64,000 nucleotides of DNA, from positions 1,189,586 to 1,253,585 of the forward strand of contig OY781875.1 in NCBI GenBank assembly GCA_963677095.1. Direction: 5' to 3'. Under the pieces are notes generated by a model, which ran no database searches, had not been told where the DNA came from, and saw only the letters and a list, made by a program, of their open reading frames with translations. Positions 41,339-50,288 of this stretch are shown here, piece after piece. The position numbers and the translations under genes were made by a program. This DNA is from an uncultured Bacteroides sp. (GTDB lineage Bacteria; Bacteroidota; Bacteroidia; Bacteroidales; Bacteroidaceae). The first letter of the stretch is position 1. Each line of letters begins with the position of its first letter.

Positions 41339-42859
41339 TTACTTGCCAAAGGTGCTGTATGTAACTTCAAGTTTAAGTTTTGTTCCCGCTTCACCACCTA
41401 CAAGTTTTGCGTAACCTGGTCTCAGATCATGTTGCAAAGCGGTCATTGTACTACTTCCCGTACTGGTATCATAGGTTGCGACAACCGGGACTAACAATAC
41501 CTTATTCCAGTCCGGATTGTCTTTATTCCATTGAATTTCCCATGCTGAAGCATTCCATGAGTTGCCGGCTTGTAATTTTGCTTTATTTCGAACAGCATTC
41601 TTCTCGTTGATAGATGTTGTTACCAAACGTGCAATATTACTAAATGTGTATTGATTATTTCCTACGTTGTTATGCGCAACAGTGAACGATGTTATATTGT
41701 CTGGCAGCTGATTTTCTTCAAAGAATGATTTCAGATCTTTTTTACGCAGTAAGAGAACATTGGATGGAACATCCATACTATATTTATATTTTTTCTCTTG
41801 ATTATAATTGGTAAATGTTAGTTTCACCGCATTGAGCGTATCATTATTAAGTTTCTGATAAATCTCTTCGTAAGGCAAAACTGCTTCCGTAAAGATTCCG
41901 GAAGGAGATTTAATATAGGTATGATCTGTCTCTGCAACTTTTTCCTTTAACTTGTCAGAGCTTGTAAAGTGATTGGCTTGTATAACTTCTTTGGTGGATG
42001 CAAAAGCTGTAGCCCAACGGTAGGCTAATGAGTCTTGATCTTCATTAGGAGCCTTTTTCTTCAAAGCAACTCCCAAACTGTCTACAACGTGGAAACAAAA
42101 TTCCATTTGTAATGCTATTTGGTCTACATATAATATAGTTCCATCCCCATAATCACTTTTGATGTATACGCCTTTGAATACATTATTGATGAATGCATCA
42201 GAGTTTTTAAAGTATTCCGGATGCTTACGGTAAGTCTGGAGCATATCATTACCAAACTTTTTGCTTAAGGTAAATGCAACATGCGGGGAATATAAAGGGT
42301 TTCCATTGCTGTCTGTTCCATTACGGATAGAGTCGGAAATGGATTCATCATGTGCACTATAAGCTTTGCGACCAAGTAAATCATTTGAACTATAATATAA
42401 CTCGGGTTTGACATTGGTATACCGATTTCTTTCCAGTTTTTTATTCAGTTCATAAGCACTCATTCTGCAAGCATTTAATGAATCACCGAACCAGGAAGAA
42501 TAAAATACAACCAAACGGCTGGCTACGACGGAGTCACCTGCCAACGTACCTGTTTTCTTTTCTGCATTGTAAACAGCTGGGAACTCAAAGTCATCTGTAC
42601 AATTTAATTCGGTAAGAAAGCTACACTCGTAATAACCGAAGTCCGGATCACTAAAACGACCTACATAACCTTGGCTGGTTCTTGCAAACACTGAATCCGC
42701 TAATATGGAGTGGGTGCTGACATCAAATGTCATGGTATGTGCTTCAATATTGTCGGAACCCGGTAACATGCCGATACCCAATGTTCCTGTATTGTCATCA
42801 CACCCACAGAGGGTGAGGACTGCAGCGAAAAGCAGTAAGCCTATATGCTTCACTTTCAT
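41339..42859 (-). CDS. DUF4270-like lipoprotein
   Basis: Lipobox LCGC followed by DD (Bacteroidetes surface-export-like signal). YVGRFSDPDFG and FKGVYI segments. Start MKVKHIG. Confidence 0.75.
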   Translation of the reverse strand: MKVKHIGLLLFAAVLTLCGCDDNTGTLGIGMLPGSDNIEAHTMTFDVSTHSILADSVFARTSQGYVGRFSDPDFGYYECSFLTELNCTDDFEFPAVYNAEKKTGTLAGDSVVASRLVVFYSSWFGDSLNACRMSAYELNKKLERNRYTNVKPELYYSSNDLLGRKAYSAHDESISDSIRNGTDSNGNPLYSPHVAFTLSKKFGNDMLQTYRKHPEYFKNSDAFINNVFKGVYIKSDYGDGTILYVDQIALQMEFCFHVVDSLGVALKKKAPNEDQDSLAYRWATAFASTKEVIQANHFTSSDKLKEKVAETDHTYIKSPSGIFTEAVLPYEEIYQKLNNDTLNAVKLTFTNYNQEKKYKYSMDVPSNVLLLRKKDLKSFFEENQLPDNITSFTVAHNNVGNNQYTFSNIARLVTTSINEKNAVRNKAKLQAGNSWNASAWEIQWNKDNPDWNKVLLVPVVATYDTSTGSSTMTALQHDLRPGYAKLVGGEAGTKLKLEVTYSTFGK

Positions 42860-42882
42860 GGTTATTATTGTTAGTTCTAATT

Positions 42883-43710
42883 TTATTCTTGTTGCGTTGT
42901 ATCCCAAACCATATTATAAAATTCATCGCAAGCATCTGCGAAGCCTTCCGCCGATTGGTAATTCAACACAGGTTTTCCTGATAGGCGGGCGTATTCCATA
43001 ACTTCTTCATTAACGTGTTCGCTTTGTTGTATGATTCCATCCGAGAAATCAACGGCAAGTTTACACAAATCAACATAATTAACCGGATTTTTCAGGTTTA
43101 CAATGTCTTTCTTAACTACACCTTTCAACATTAGCCTGTTTGTGAATTCTTCATTAAACGATTGTTTAAAATCGTCTTCGTATACAGAAAATACGACTTT
43201 TGAATTACGGAAAGAAGGTTCGTCTTTATATGCTTTTTTTATGTATAAAGGAGCTAAGGCAGTTATCCACCCATGACAATGAATAATTTCCGGACACCAA
43301 CGTAGTTTTTTTACGGTTTCCAGCACTCCACGCGCATAAAAAATAGCTCTACTGTCATTATCTTCATATTCGGTTCCGTTTTCATCTGTTGTTTGCAAAC
43401 GGTTCTGAAAATAATCATCATTATCAATGAAATAGACTTGCATACGTGCGGATTGGATGGAAGCAACTTTAATAATCAGAGGATGGTCGGTATCGTCAAT
43501 GATTAAATTCATGCCCGAGAGACGTATTACCTCATGCAGTTGATTCCTGCGCTCGTTGATATTTCCCCATTTTGGCATAAATGTTCTTATTTCTCTGCCT
43601 TTTTCCTGAATTGCCTGGGGCAGGTGTCTACCTGTGAGGGCCATCTCGGAATCTGAAACGTAAGGAGTGATTTCTTGTGTTATGAATAATACCTTGTTCG
43701 CCTTTGTCAT
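42883..43710 (-). CDS. Glycogen/starch synthase-like protein, GT5 N-terminal domain only
   Basis: Motifs KVLFITQEITPY, RTFMPKWG and IIHCHGW. Only 275 aa, with no KxGG motif. Confidence 0.85.
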   Translation of the reverse strand: MTKANKVLFITQEITPYVSDSEMALTGRHLPQAIQEKGREIRTFMPKWGNINERRNQLHEVIRLSGMNLIIDDTDHPLIIKVASIQSARMQVYFIDNDDYFQNRLQTTDENGTEYEDNDSRAIFYARGVLETVKKLRWCPEIIHCHGWITALAPLYIKKAYKDEPSFRNSKVVFSVYEDDFKQSFNEEFTNRLMLKGVVKKDIVNLKNPVNYVDLCKLAVDFSDGIIQQSEHVNEEVMEYARLSGKPVLNYQSAEGFADACDEFYNMVWDTTQQE

Positions 43711-43956
43711 AATAACGATATTCTCAATTATTCTGCAAAGATATAAAAAAAAAACGCGACTTAGGCAAATTACCTTACTCTATAATTCCTTATGTTTTGT
43801 TAACTCATTGTTTATCAATATATAAATGGGGTAGTTGTAGATGCTTTTGTTCCCTTCATCGGGATTAATTTATAGATTCTCTTCTTTTTCTTTTCTTTAT
43901 ATGGCAAATAATAGCTTATTTTGCATCGTTTTTTAATAAATCAGTAATTTAGAGAA

Positions 43957-44796
43957 ATGAAAATAGTACATACTATCAAGGATTTACAAATGGGGCTCTC
44001 GTCTTTTCGATCAGGGCAAAAGAAGATTGGTCTTGTTCCTACAATGGGGGCTCTGCATCGGGGCCACGCATCCTTGGTAAACCGTTGTGTATCCGATAAT
44101 GATGTGACTGTTGTGAGTATTTTTGTAAATCCTACTCAATTTAATAACCAGACGGATTTGGGAAAGTATCCACGCACACTTGATTCTGATTGTCGTTTGT
44201 TAGAAGCATGTGGGGCAACTTATGCGTTTGTGCCTTCTGTTCAGGAGATGTATCCCGAACCGGATAGCCGGCATTTTGATTTTACTCCTTTGGACACTGT
44301 TATGGAAGGGAAATTTCGTCCCGGACATTTTAATGGGGTATGCCAGATTGTGAGTAAATTGTTTGATGCAGTGAAACCCGACCGGGCTTACTTTGGCGAA
44401 AAAGACTTTCAACAGTTGGCTATAATACGTGAAATGGTACGTCGGATGAGTCTGCCTCTTGAGATTGTTGGGTGCCCTATTGTGAGGGAAGAAGATGGTC
44501 TTGCTTTGAGCAGTCGCAATGCACGGTTGTCTGTTGAGGAACATGAAAATGCGCTTAAAATATCCAAGGCATTGTTTGATAGCTGCGTTTTTGCAAAAAC
44601 TCATACCGTAGTTGAAACTGTATCTTTTGTAGAAGAGGCCATTGAAGATGCTCCCGGATTACGTTTGGAGTATTTTGAACTCGTGGATGGAAATACATTA
44701 CAGCCTATTTACCAGTGGAGCGATACTACGTATGCGGTAGGTTGTATTACGGTATTTTGCGGTGAAGTCCGCTTGATTGATAATATTAAATATTGA
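43957..44796 (+). CDS. panC: Pantoate--beta-alanine ligase
   Basis: Motifs [38 protein letters not shown] and RLIDN. Confidence 0.97.
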   Translation: MKIVHTIKDLQMGLSSFRSGQKKIGLVPTMGALHRGHASLVNRCVSDNDVTVVSIFVNPTQFNNQTDLGKYPRTLDSDCRLLEACGATYAFVPSVQEMYPEPDSRHFDFTPLDTVMEGKFRPGHFNGVCQIVSKLFDAVKPDRAYFGEKDFQQLAIIREMVRRMSLPLEIVGCPIVREEDGLALSSRNARLSVEEHENALKISKALFDSCVFAKTHTVVETVSFVEEAIEDAPGLRLEYFELVDGNTLQPIYQWSDTTYAVGCITVFCGEVRLIDNIKY

Positions 44797-44824
44797 AACT
44801 AAATTAAAGAGAGAGGACGGCTTT

Positions 44825-45178
44825 ATGATGATTGAAGTACTGAAATCGAAAATTCATTGTGCCAGTGTCACTGAGGCAAACCTTAATTATATGGGGAGCA
44901 TCACAATTGACGAAGACTTAATGGATGCTGCAAATATGATTGCCGGTGAGAAAGTCTATATTGCTGATAATAATAGTGGTGAGCGTTTTGAGACTTATAT
45001 TATTAAGGGTGAACGTGGCTCGGGAAAAATTTGTCTGAATGGCGCCGCAGCGCGTAAAGTGCAGCCGGGTGATATTATTATTATTATGTCGTATGCTTTG
45101 ATGGATTTTGAAGAGGCTAAGGCTTTTAAACCTCAGTTAGTTTTTCCGGATCCTGTAACGAATAAAATCGTTAAATAA
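44825..45178 (+). CDS. panD: Aspartate 1-decarboxylase
   Basis: Motifs [14 protein letters not shown] (Gly-Ser self-cleavage site), RFETY and LNGAAAR. Confidence 0.97.
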   Translation: MMIEVLKSKIHCASVTEANLNYMGSITIDEDLMDAANMIAGEKVYIADNNSGERFETYIIKGERGSGKICLNGAAARKVQPGDIIIIMSYALMDFEEAKAFKPQLVFPDPVTNKIVK

Positions 45179-45198
45179 CACATAGATTTTAAGTATAG

Positions 45199-45239
45199 AA
45201 GAAAAGCCTCGCAAAGATTTCTTTGGCGAGGCTTTTCTT
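45199..45239. terminator. Bidirectional terminator between panD and the convergent oxidoreductase gene
   Basis: AAGAAAAGCCTCGC / GCGAGGCTTTTCTT 14-bp stem. Confidence 0.8.
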
Positions 45240-45261
45240 TGTATGTCTAGCTTCTGGTTTG

Positions 45262-47577
45262 TTAATGAACGCCCTCTTTTAGAGCTTCGTGCATCGAAAA
45301 AGCGGCTTTTCGTCCGTCTCCCATAGCTAATATTACCGTAGCACCTCCCCGTACAATATCCCCACCTGCATAAATCATAGGGATGGAAGATTGCATCTGA
45401 TCATCTACGTTAATAGTTCCTTTGCGCCCTAAATCGAGTCCTTTAATGGAGTGGGGAACAATAGGATTGGGTGATACGCCGATACTGACAATTGCCAGAT
45501 CTATATCTATTGTTTCAATTGCTCCATCAATAGGAATAGGACTTCTTCGTCCCGAAGCATCAGGTTCTCCTAATTCCATTTTTTGAAGCACGATTTGTTT
45601 TACTCGTCCTTGCTCATCTGGAATATATTCTATAGGATTGTGCAAGGTCAGAAACTCTATTCCTTCTTCTTTGGCGTGTTTTACTTCTTCAATACGCGCG
45701 GGCATCTCTTCTTCCGAACGTCGATAAATTATCATTGCTTTCTCCGCGCCCAATCTTCGGGCTGTACGTACCGAATCCATCGCAGTGTTTCCTCCTCCGA
45801 TTACAGCTACACGTTTTCCAAATGGTACAGGAGTATCGGAATCTTCACTTGCCGCATCCATCAGATTAACTCGAGTAAGATACTCATTCGATGATAAAAT
45901 ATTGATCGAGTTCTCGCCCGGAATATTCATGAAGTTGGGTAACCCTGCTCCTGATCCGATAAAGAAGCCTTTGAAGCCTTCTTCTTGTAATTGTTCAATG
46001 CCGATAGTTTTTCCTACAATGCAATCTTTTATAAAACTTACTCCCATTTGGGCTAGATTGTTGATTTCAACATCTACAATTTTGTTCGGAAGACGAAATT
46101 CGGGGATGCCATATTTCAATACTCCACCAATTTCATGTAATGCCTCGAATACGGTTACGTCATATCCATATTTCGCCATATCACCGGCAAAAGCGAGTCC
46201 CGCAGGTCCTGAGCCAATTACGGCTATCTTGACTCCGTTTCTTTCCTTAATTTCCGGTACGGATATTTGTCCGCTTTCACGTTCATAATCCGCTGCAAAT
46301 CTCTCCAAATAACCTACTGCAACAGGTTCTTCTTTCATTTTAAGGTGAATACATCGTGATTCGCATTGTTTTTCCTGCGGGCATACGCGTCCGCATACGG
46401 CTGGTAAAGCACTCGTTTCTTTCAGTGTTTTAGCCGCTTCAAGAAACTCTCCTTTTTCTATATATTTGATGAAACGTGGAATGTCAATGCCTACAGGACA
46501 TCCTTCTATACATCCCGGATTGGCACAATCAAGGCAGCGCTTAGCTTCTGTTATGGCTTGTTCTTCTGTTAATCCCAGATTCACCTCCTCTTTGCGGCTA
46601 TGCGAACGGTATTCAGCATCAAGCTCTTTCATGTGTACACGTGGAATTGCTGTGCGTTCTTTTGGTTTCAGGTTTTTGCGTAACTCCAGACGCCAGAGGG
46701 CATTTCTTGTTTTATCTTCTGTCGGAGTAATGTTTTCGGGTAATATTTTACAAGCCTCTACATCATCCAATTTGTGCATTTCTTCACGTTCAATGCTCTT
46801 GAATGCTCCCATGCGTTTTAGCATTTCATCGAAGTCGACTTGATGTCCGTCGAATTCAGGACCGTCTACGCAAACAAATTTTGTTTTTCCGCCAATGGTC
46901 ACGCGGCAAGCTCCACACATACCTGTTCCATCTACCATAATAGTATTGAGTGAGACTTCTGTCGGTACATCATATTTTTTCGTTAGCAAACATACAAACT
47001 TCATCATTATTGCCGGTCCGATAGTAAAGCATTTGTTTACTTTTTCCCGTTTTATAATATCTTCAACTCCGTTGGTTACCAACCCTTTGCGACCATAAGA
47101 TCCGTCATCTGTCATAATGATAACTTCATCGGAACTGTTCCTTATTTCTTCTTCCAGAATAATTAATTCCTTGGTACGTCCTGCCAATACACTGATTACT
47201 CGATTACCGGCAGCTTTCAAAGCCTGTACTATAGGTAATAAAGGAGCAATTCCGACGCCTCCCCCGGCGCAAATCACTGTTCCATAATTTTCAATATGCG
47301 TAGCCTGCCCAAGAGGTCCTACAACATCGGTAATGTAATCTCCTTCGTTTAATTCGCATAATCGAGTGGAGGAGAGTCCTACTTCTTGTATAACTAATGT
47401 AATAGTGCCGCGTATGGGATCGGCTCCGGCTATGGTTAAAGGCATGCGTTCGCCTTTTTCACCCACACGCACTATCACAAAATGGCCTGCTTTGCGTGAT
47501 TTGGCAATTAATGGTGCTTCAATAATAAACTTGAAAACCTTTTCAGAAAAATGTTCTTTGCTAACGATTTTATTCAT
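45262..47577 (-). CDS. Fused PyrK-like FAD/NAD [2Fe-2S] domain and GltD-like NADPH oxidoreductase (NfnAB/SudBA-type)
   Basis: N-terminal GERMPLTI, GGGVG and DGTGMCGAC. C-terminal RCLDC..CIEGCP, CGRVCPQEKQC, GSGPAG and GGGNTAMD. Confidence 0.9.
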   Translation of the reverse strand: MNKIVSKEHFSEKVFKFIIEAPLIAKSRKAGHFVIVRVGEKGERMPLTIAGADPIRGTITLVIQEVGLSSTRLCELNEGDYITDVVGPLGQATHIENYGTVICAGGGVGIAPLLPIVQALKAAGNRVISVLAGRTKELIILEEEIRNSSDEVIIMTDDGSYGRKGLVTNGVEDIIKREKVNKCFTIGPAIMMKFVCLLTKKYDVPTEVSLNTIMVDGTGMCGACRVTIGGKTKFVCVDGPEFDGHQVDFDEMLKRMGAFKSIEREEMHKLDDVEACKILPENITPTEDKTRNALWRLELRKNLKPKERTAIPRVHMKELDAEYRSHSRKEEVNLGLTEEQAITEAKRCLDCANPGCIEGCPVGIDIPRFIKYIEKGEFLEAAKTLKETSALPAVCGRVCPQEKQCESRCIHLKMKEEPVAVGYLERFAADYERESGQISVPEIKERNGVKIAVIGSGPAGLAFAGDMAKYGYDVTVFEALHEIGGVLKYGIPEFRLPNKIVDVEINNLAQMGVSFIKDCIVGKTIGIEQLQEEGFKGFFIGSGAGLPNFMNIPGENSINILSSNEYLTRVNLMDAASEDSDTPVPFGKRVAVIGGGNTAMDSVRTARRLGAEKAMIIYRRSEEEMPARIEEVKHAKEEGIEFLTLHNPIEYIPDEQGRVKQIVLQKMELGEPDASGRRSPIPIDGAIETIDIDLAIVSIGVSPNPIVPHSIKGLDLGRKGTINVDDQMQSSIPMIYAGGDIVRGGATVILAMGDGRKAAFSMHEALKEGVH

Positions 47578-47828
47578 TATAGTATGATTTTGTAGGTATA
47601 ATTACATAAATACTTGCGGATTGAAATGCTGTGCAAATATACATGATGTTTTTTTCATGGCTAAGGCTATTTAGATAAAAAGTTGGCTATCTGCGGGTAG
47701 TGAATCTTAAAAAAAACAAACAGGCTGGATTGTTTTGTTATTGATAGAATGTAGTTGTTTGTTGATCGTAATAAATAGTGCGCTTAAATATGGTATCAAG
47801 ATTACCACCTGTTTTTTTATGCATAATT

Positions 47829-47931
47829 AAAAGACACTGTCTCAGAAGTCAATTCTTAAGCAAATTACCCCTGCTACAATATATTATAGCAGGGGTAAAA
47901 CGGTATATTTTGGATTTTTGGACAGTTCCTT
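47829..47931 (-). repeat. ~100-bp MITE/REP-like element, copy 2
   Basis: Inverted copy of 676-776. Perfect 12-bp hairpin TTACCCCTGCTA / TAGCAGGGGTAA at 47865-47898. Confidence 0.85.
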
Positions 47932-47970
47932 ATACGTATGTATATAAATATTTAGTTATAAATTTGACTG

Positions 47971-49245
47971 TCAATCAATGATTTCAAAACCTGTATATGG
48001 AATCAATGCCTTAGGAATACGAATTCCTTCGGGAGTTTGATTGTTTTCCAATAATGCAGCAACAATACGTGGCAATGCTAATGCAGAACCATTGAGGGTA
48101 TGACAGAGCTCCGTTTTCTTATCCCCCGTGCGATACCGGCATTTAAGTCGGTTGGCTTGATAAGTATCGAAATTGGAGACAGAGCTGACTTCCAACCAGC
48201 GCTTCTGAGCTTCTGAATAAACTTCAAAGTCAAAGCAAAGTGCTGCCGTAAAGCTCATATCTCCTCCACAGAGTCTGAGTATGCGGTAAGGCAATTCCAA
48301 CTTTTGCAGTAAACCTTCTACGTGGTTGAGCATTTCCTGATGAGATTTTTTTGAATGTTCCGGTTTATCGATGCGGACTAACTCTACTTTGGAGAATTCG
48401 TGCAAACGGTTTAATCCGCGTACGTCTTTACCATAGGAACCGGCTTCGCGACGGAAACATTGAGTGTAAGCACAATTTTTGATAGGTAGGTCTTTTTCAT
48501 CTAGGATAACATCACGGTAGATATTAGTGACAGGAACTTCGGCCGTTGGGATAAGATAGAGATCATCCACTTCGCAATGGTACATCTGTCCTTCTTTATC
48601 AGGTAATTGCCCTGTTCCATATCCGGATGCTGCATTTACTACTGTCGGAGGCATAATTTCTGTATATCCGGATTTACGGGCTTCATCAAGAAAGAAATTA
48701 ATGAGCGCTCGTTGTAGTTGGGCACCTTTACCTTTATATACAGGAAATCCTGCTCCTGTGATTTTTACTCCCAAATCGAAATCAATAAGATCGTATTTCT
48801 TTGCTAATTCCCAGTGTGGTAGTGCGTCTTTGGGAAGCTCTGTTTCCATGCCACCCATTTTTTCTACCTTGTTGTCTTCTGCACCGATGCCTTCGGGAAC
48901 ACTGTCGTATGGTATGTTAGGAATTGTATAGAGTACCGTTTGCATTTCTTCCGTAGCTTGATCCATAGCAGCTTGTAGCTCTTTGTTTGTTTCTTTTAGC
49001 TCAGCTACACGAATCTTTGCCTTTTCAGCTTCATCTTTTTTACCTTCTTTCATCAACAGGCCAATGGATTTGGACAGTGAATTGACTTCAGCAAGGTTTT
49101 TGTCTAATGAATTTTGAGAAGACTTTCGTTTGTTATTCGCTTCTAATACAGTTTCTATGGCTTCTTTAGCCTGTTTAAAGTGCTTCTTTTCCAGCCCACG
49201 GATAACCGCTTCCGTGTTTTCTGTGATTTGTTTTATTGTAAGCAT
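47971..49245 (-). CDS. serS: Serine--tRNA ligase
   Basis: Motifs LIPTAEVP, CFRREAGS, RLHEFSKVE, EVSSVSN and HTLNGSALA. Start MLTIKQI. Confidence 0.97.
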   Translation of the reverse strand: MLTIKQITENTEAVIRGLEKKHFKQAKEAIETVLEANNKRKSSQNSLDKNLAEVNSLSKSIGLLMKEGKKDEAEKAKIRVAELKETNKELQAAMDQATEEMQTVLYTIPNIPYDSVPEGIGAEDNKVEKMGGMETELPKDALPHWELAKKYDLIDFDLGVKITGAGFPVYKGKGAQLQRALINFFLDEARKSGYTEIMPPTVVNAASGYGTGQLPDKEGQMYHCEVDDLYLIPTAEVPVTNIYRDVILDEKDLPIKNCAYTQCFRREAGSYGKDVRGLNRLHEFSKVELVRIDKPEHSKKSHQEMLNHVEGLLQKLELPYRILRLCGGDMSFTAALCFDFEVYSEAQKRWLEVSSVSNFDTYQANRLKCRYRTGDKKTELCHTLNGSALALPRIVAALLENNQTPEGIRIPKALIPYTGFEIID

Positions 49246-49472
49246 ATCTTGGTACTTGTTTTTGATATAAATTTCATTTGAACCACAAATATACATGATA
49301 ATTCCTGAATGGTCATAAAGATCAGGGAAAATATGGATTGATAGCTTTTGAGCTGTACAACTTATTCTCTGTAGATGCAGGGTGTGTCTCCAGCTCTTCC
49401 TTGAACTTTCGTATCTTAGTTATGTCTTTTTGGATTTAATTTCCACGCTTTGGTAGTCAGACTGTGTTATAA

Positions 49473-49519
49473 AAAACAAAAGAGGATGTAACCATTAAAG
49501 TTACATCCTCTTTTGTTTT
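49473..49519. terminator. Strong terminator after rpmA
   Basis: Perfect 20-bp inverted repeat AAAACAAAAGAGGATGTAAC / GTTACATCCTCTTTTGTTTT. Confidence 0.85.
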
Positions 49520-49536
49520 ATTGATTTGTGTAGAGG

Positions 49537-49806
49537 TTATGCTTCTGCACTTTCAGCAGGAATAATCGATACATATCTTCTGTCCTCTCTACCTACTTTA
49601 AATTCTACTGTTCCATCAACCAAAGCGAAAAGAGTGTGGTCTTTTCCCATACCGATGTTTTTTCCCGGATGGAATTCTGTGCCCCTCTGACGGATGATGA
49701 TATTACCTGCTTTGCAAGCTTCACCACCGAATATCTTTACGCCTAATCTTTTGCTTGCTGATTCGCGGCCGTTCTTTGAACTACCGACACCTTTTTTATG
49801 TGCCAT
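49537..49806 (-). CDS. rpmA: 50S ribosomal protein L27
   Basis: [31 protein letters not shown] and DHTLFAL. Confidence 0.99.
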   Translation of the reverse strand: MAHKKGVGSSKNGRESASKRLGVKIFGGEACKAGNIIIRQRGTEFHPGKNIGMGKDHTLFALVDGTVEFKVGREDRRYVSIIPAESAEA

Positions 49807-49829
49807 TTCTTCTAACTGTTTTAAATTGA

Positions 49830-50147
49830 TTAAGCTACTACTTCTGTAATTGTTAATTCTGTAAATTGTTGGCGATGACCATTCAATTTACGGTGACCTT
49901 TTCTTTTTTTCTTGTGGAAGATCAGAACTTTATCACCTTTTACCAAACTTGATACAACTTGGCAAACCACTTTAGCACCGTCTATAGTAGGAGCGCCTAC
50001 GGTAACTGCGCCGTCTTTGTCTACCAAAAGAACTTTTTCAAATTCAACTGTTGTACCATTTTCCGCATTCTGAATGTGATGTACAAACAGTTTTTTGCCA
50101 GCTTCCGCTTTAAATTGCTGACCATTGATTTCTACAATTGCGTACAT
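49830..50147 (-). CDS. rplU: 50S ribosomal protein L21
   Basis: [21 protein letters not shown] and GHRQQFT. Confidence 0.99.
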   Translation of the reverse strand: MYAIVEINGQQFKAEAGKKLFVHHIQNAENGTTVEFEKVLLVDKDGAVTVGAPTIDGAKVVCQVVSSLVKGDKVLIFHKKKRKGHRKLNGHRQQFTELTITEVVA

Positions 50148-50170
50148 TTCTTATATATAATGTATAAGTT

Positions 50171-50228
50171 AGCTCCGTCGGGTGGTCTCTAATCACTTAG
50201 AAAGCTCTTGGTTGAACCCGTTTCGGAA
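50171..50228 (-). promoter_or_regulatory. Structured 5' leader of rplU-rpmA (candidate r-protein leader)
   Basis: Nested stems TCCG/CGGA, CGGGT/ACCCG and TTTCTAA-GTGA-TTAGAGA. -7 box TATCTTTG at 50246-50239. Confidence 0.55.
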
Positions 50229-50288
50229 TAATCGGCCACAAAGATATCTTTTTTGTTCTGAATGAGCAAACGTCTTTTCGTTTTTTTA

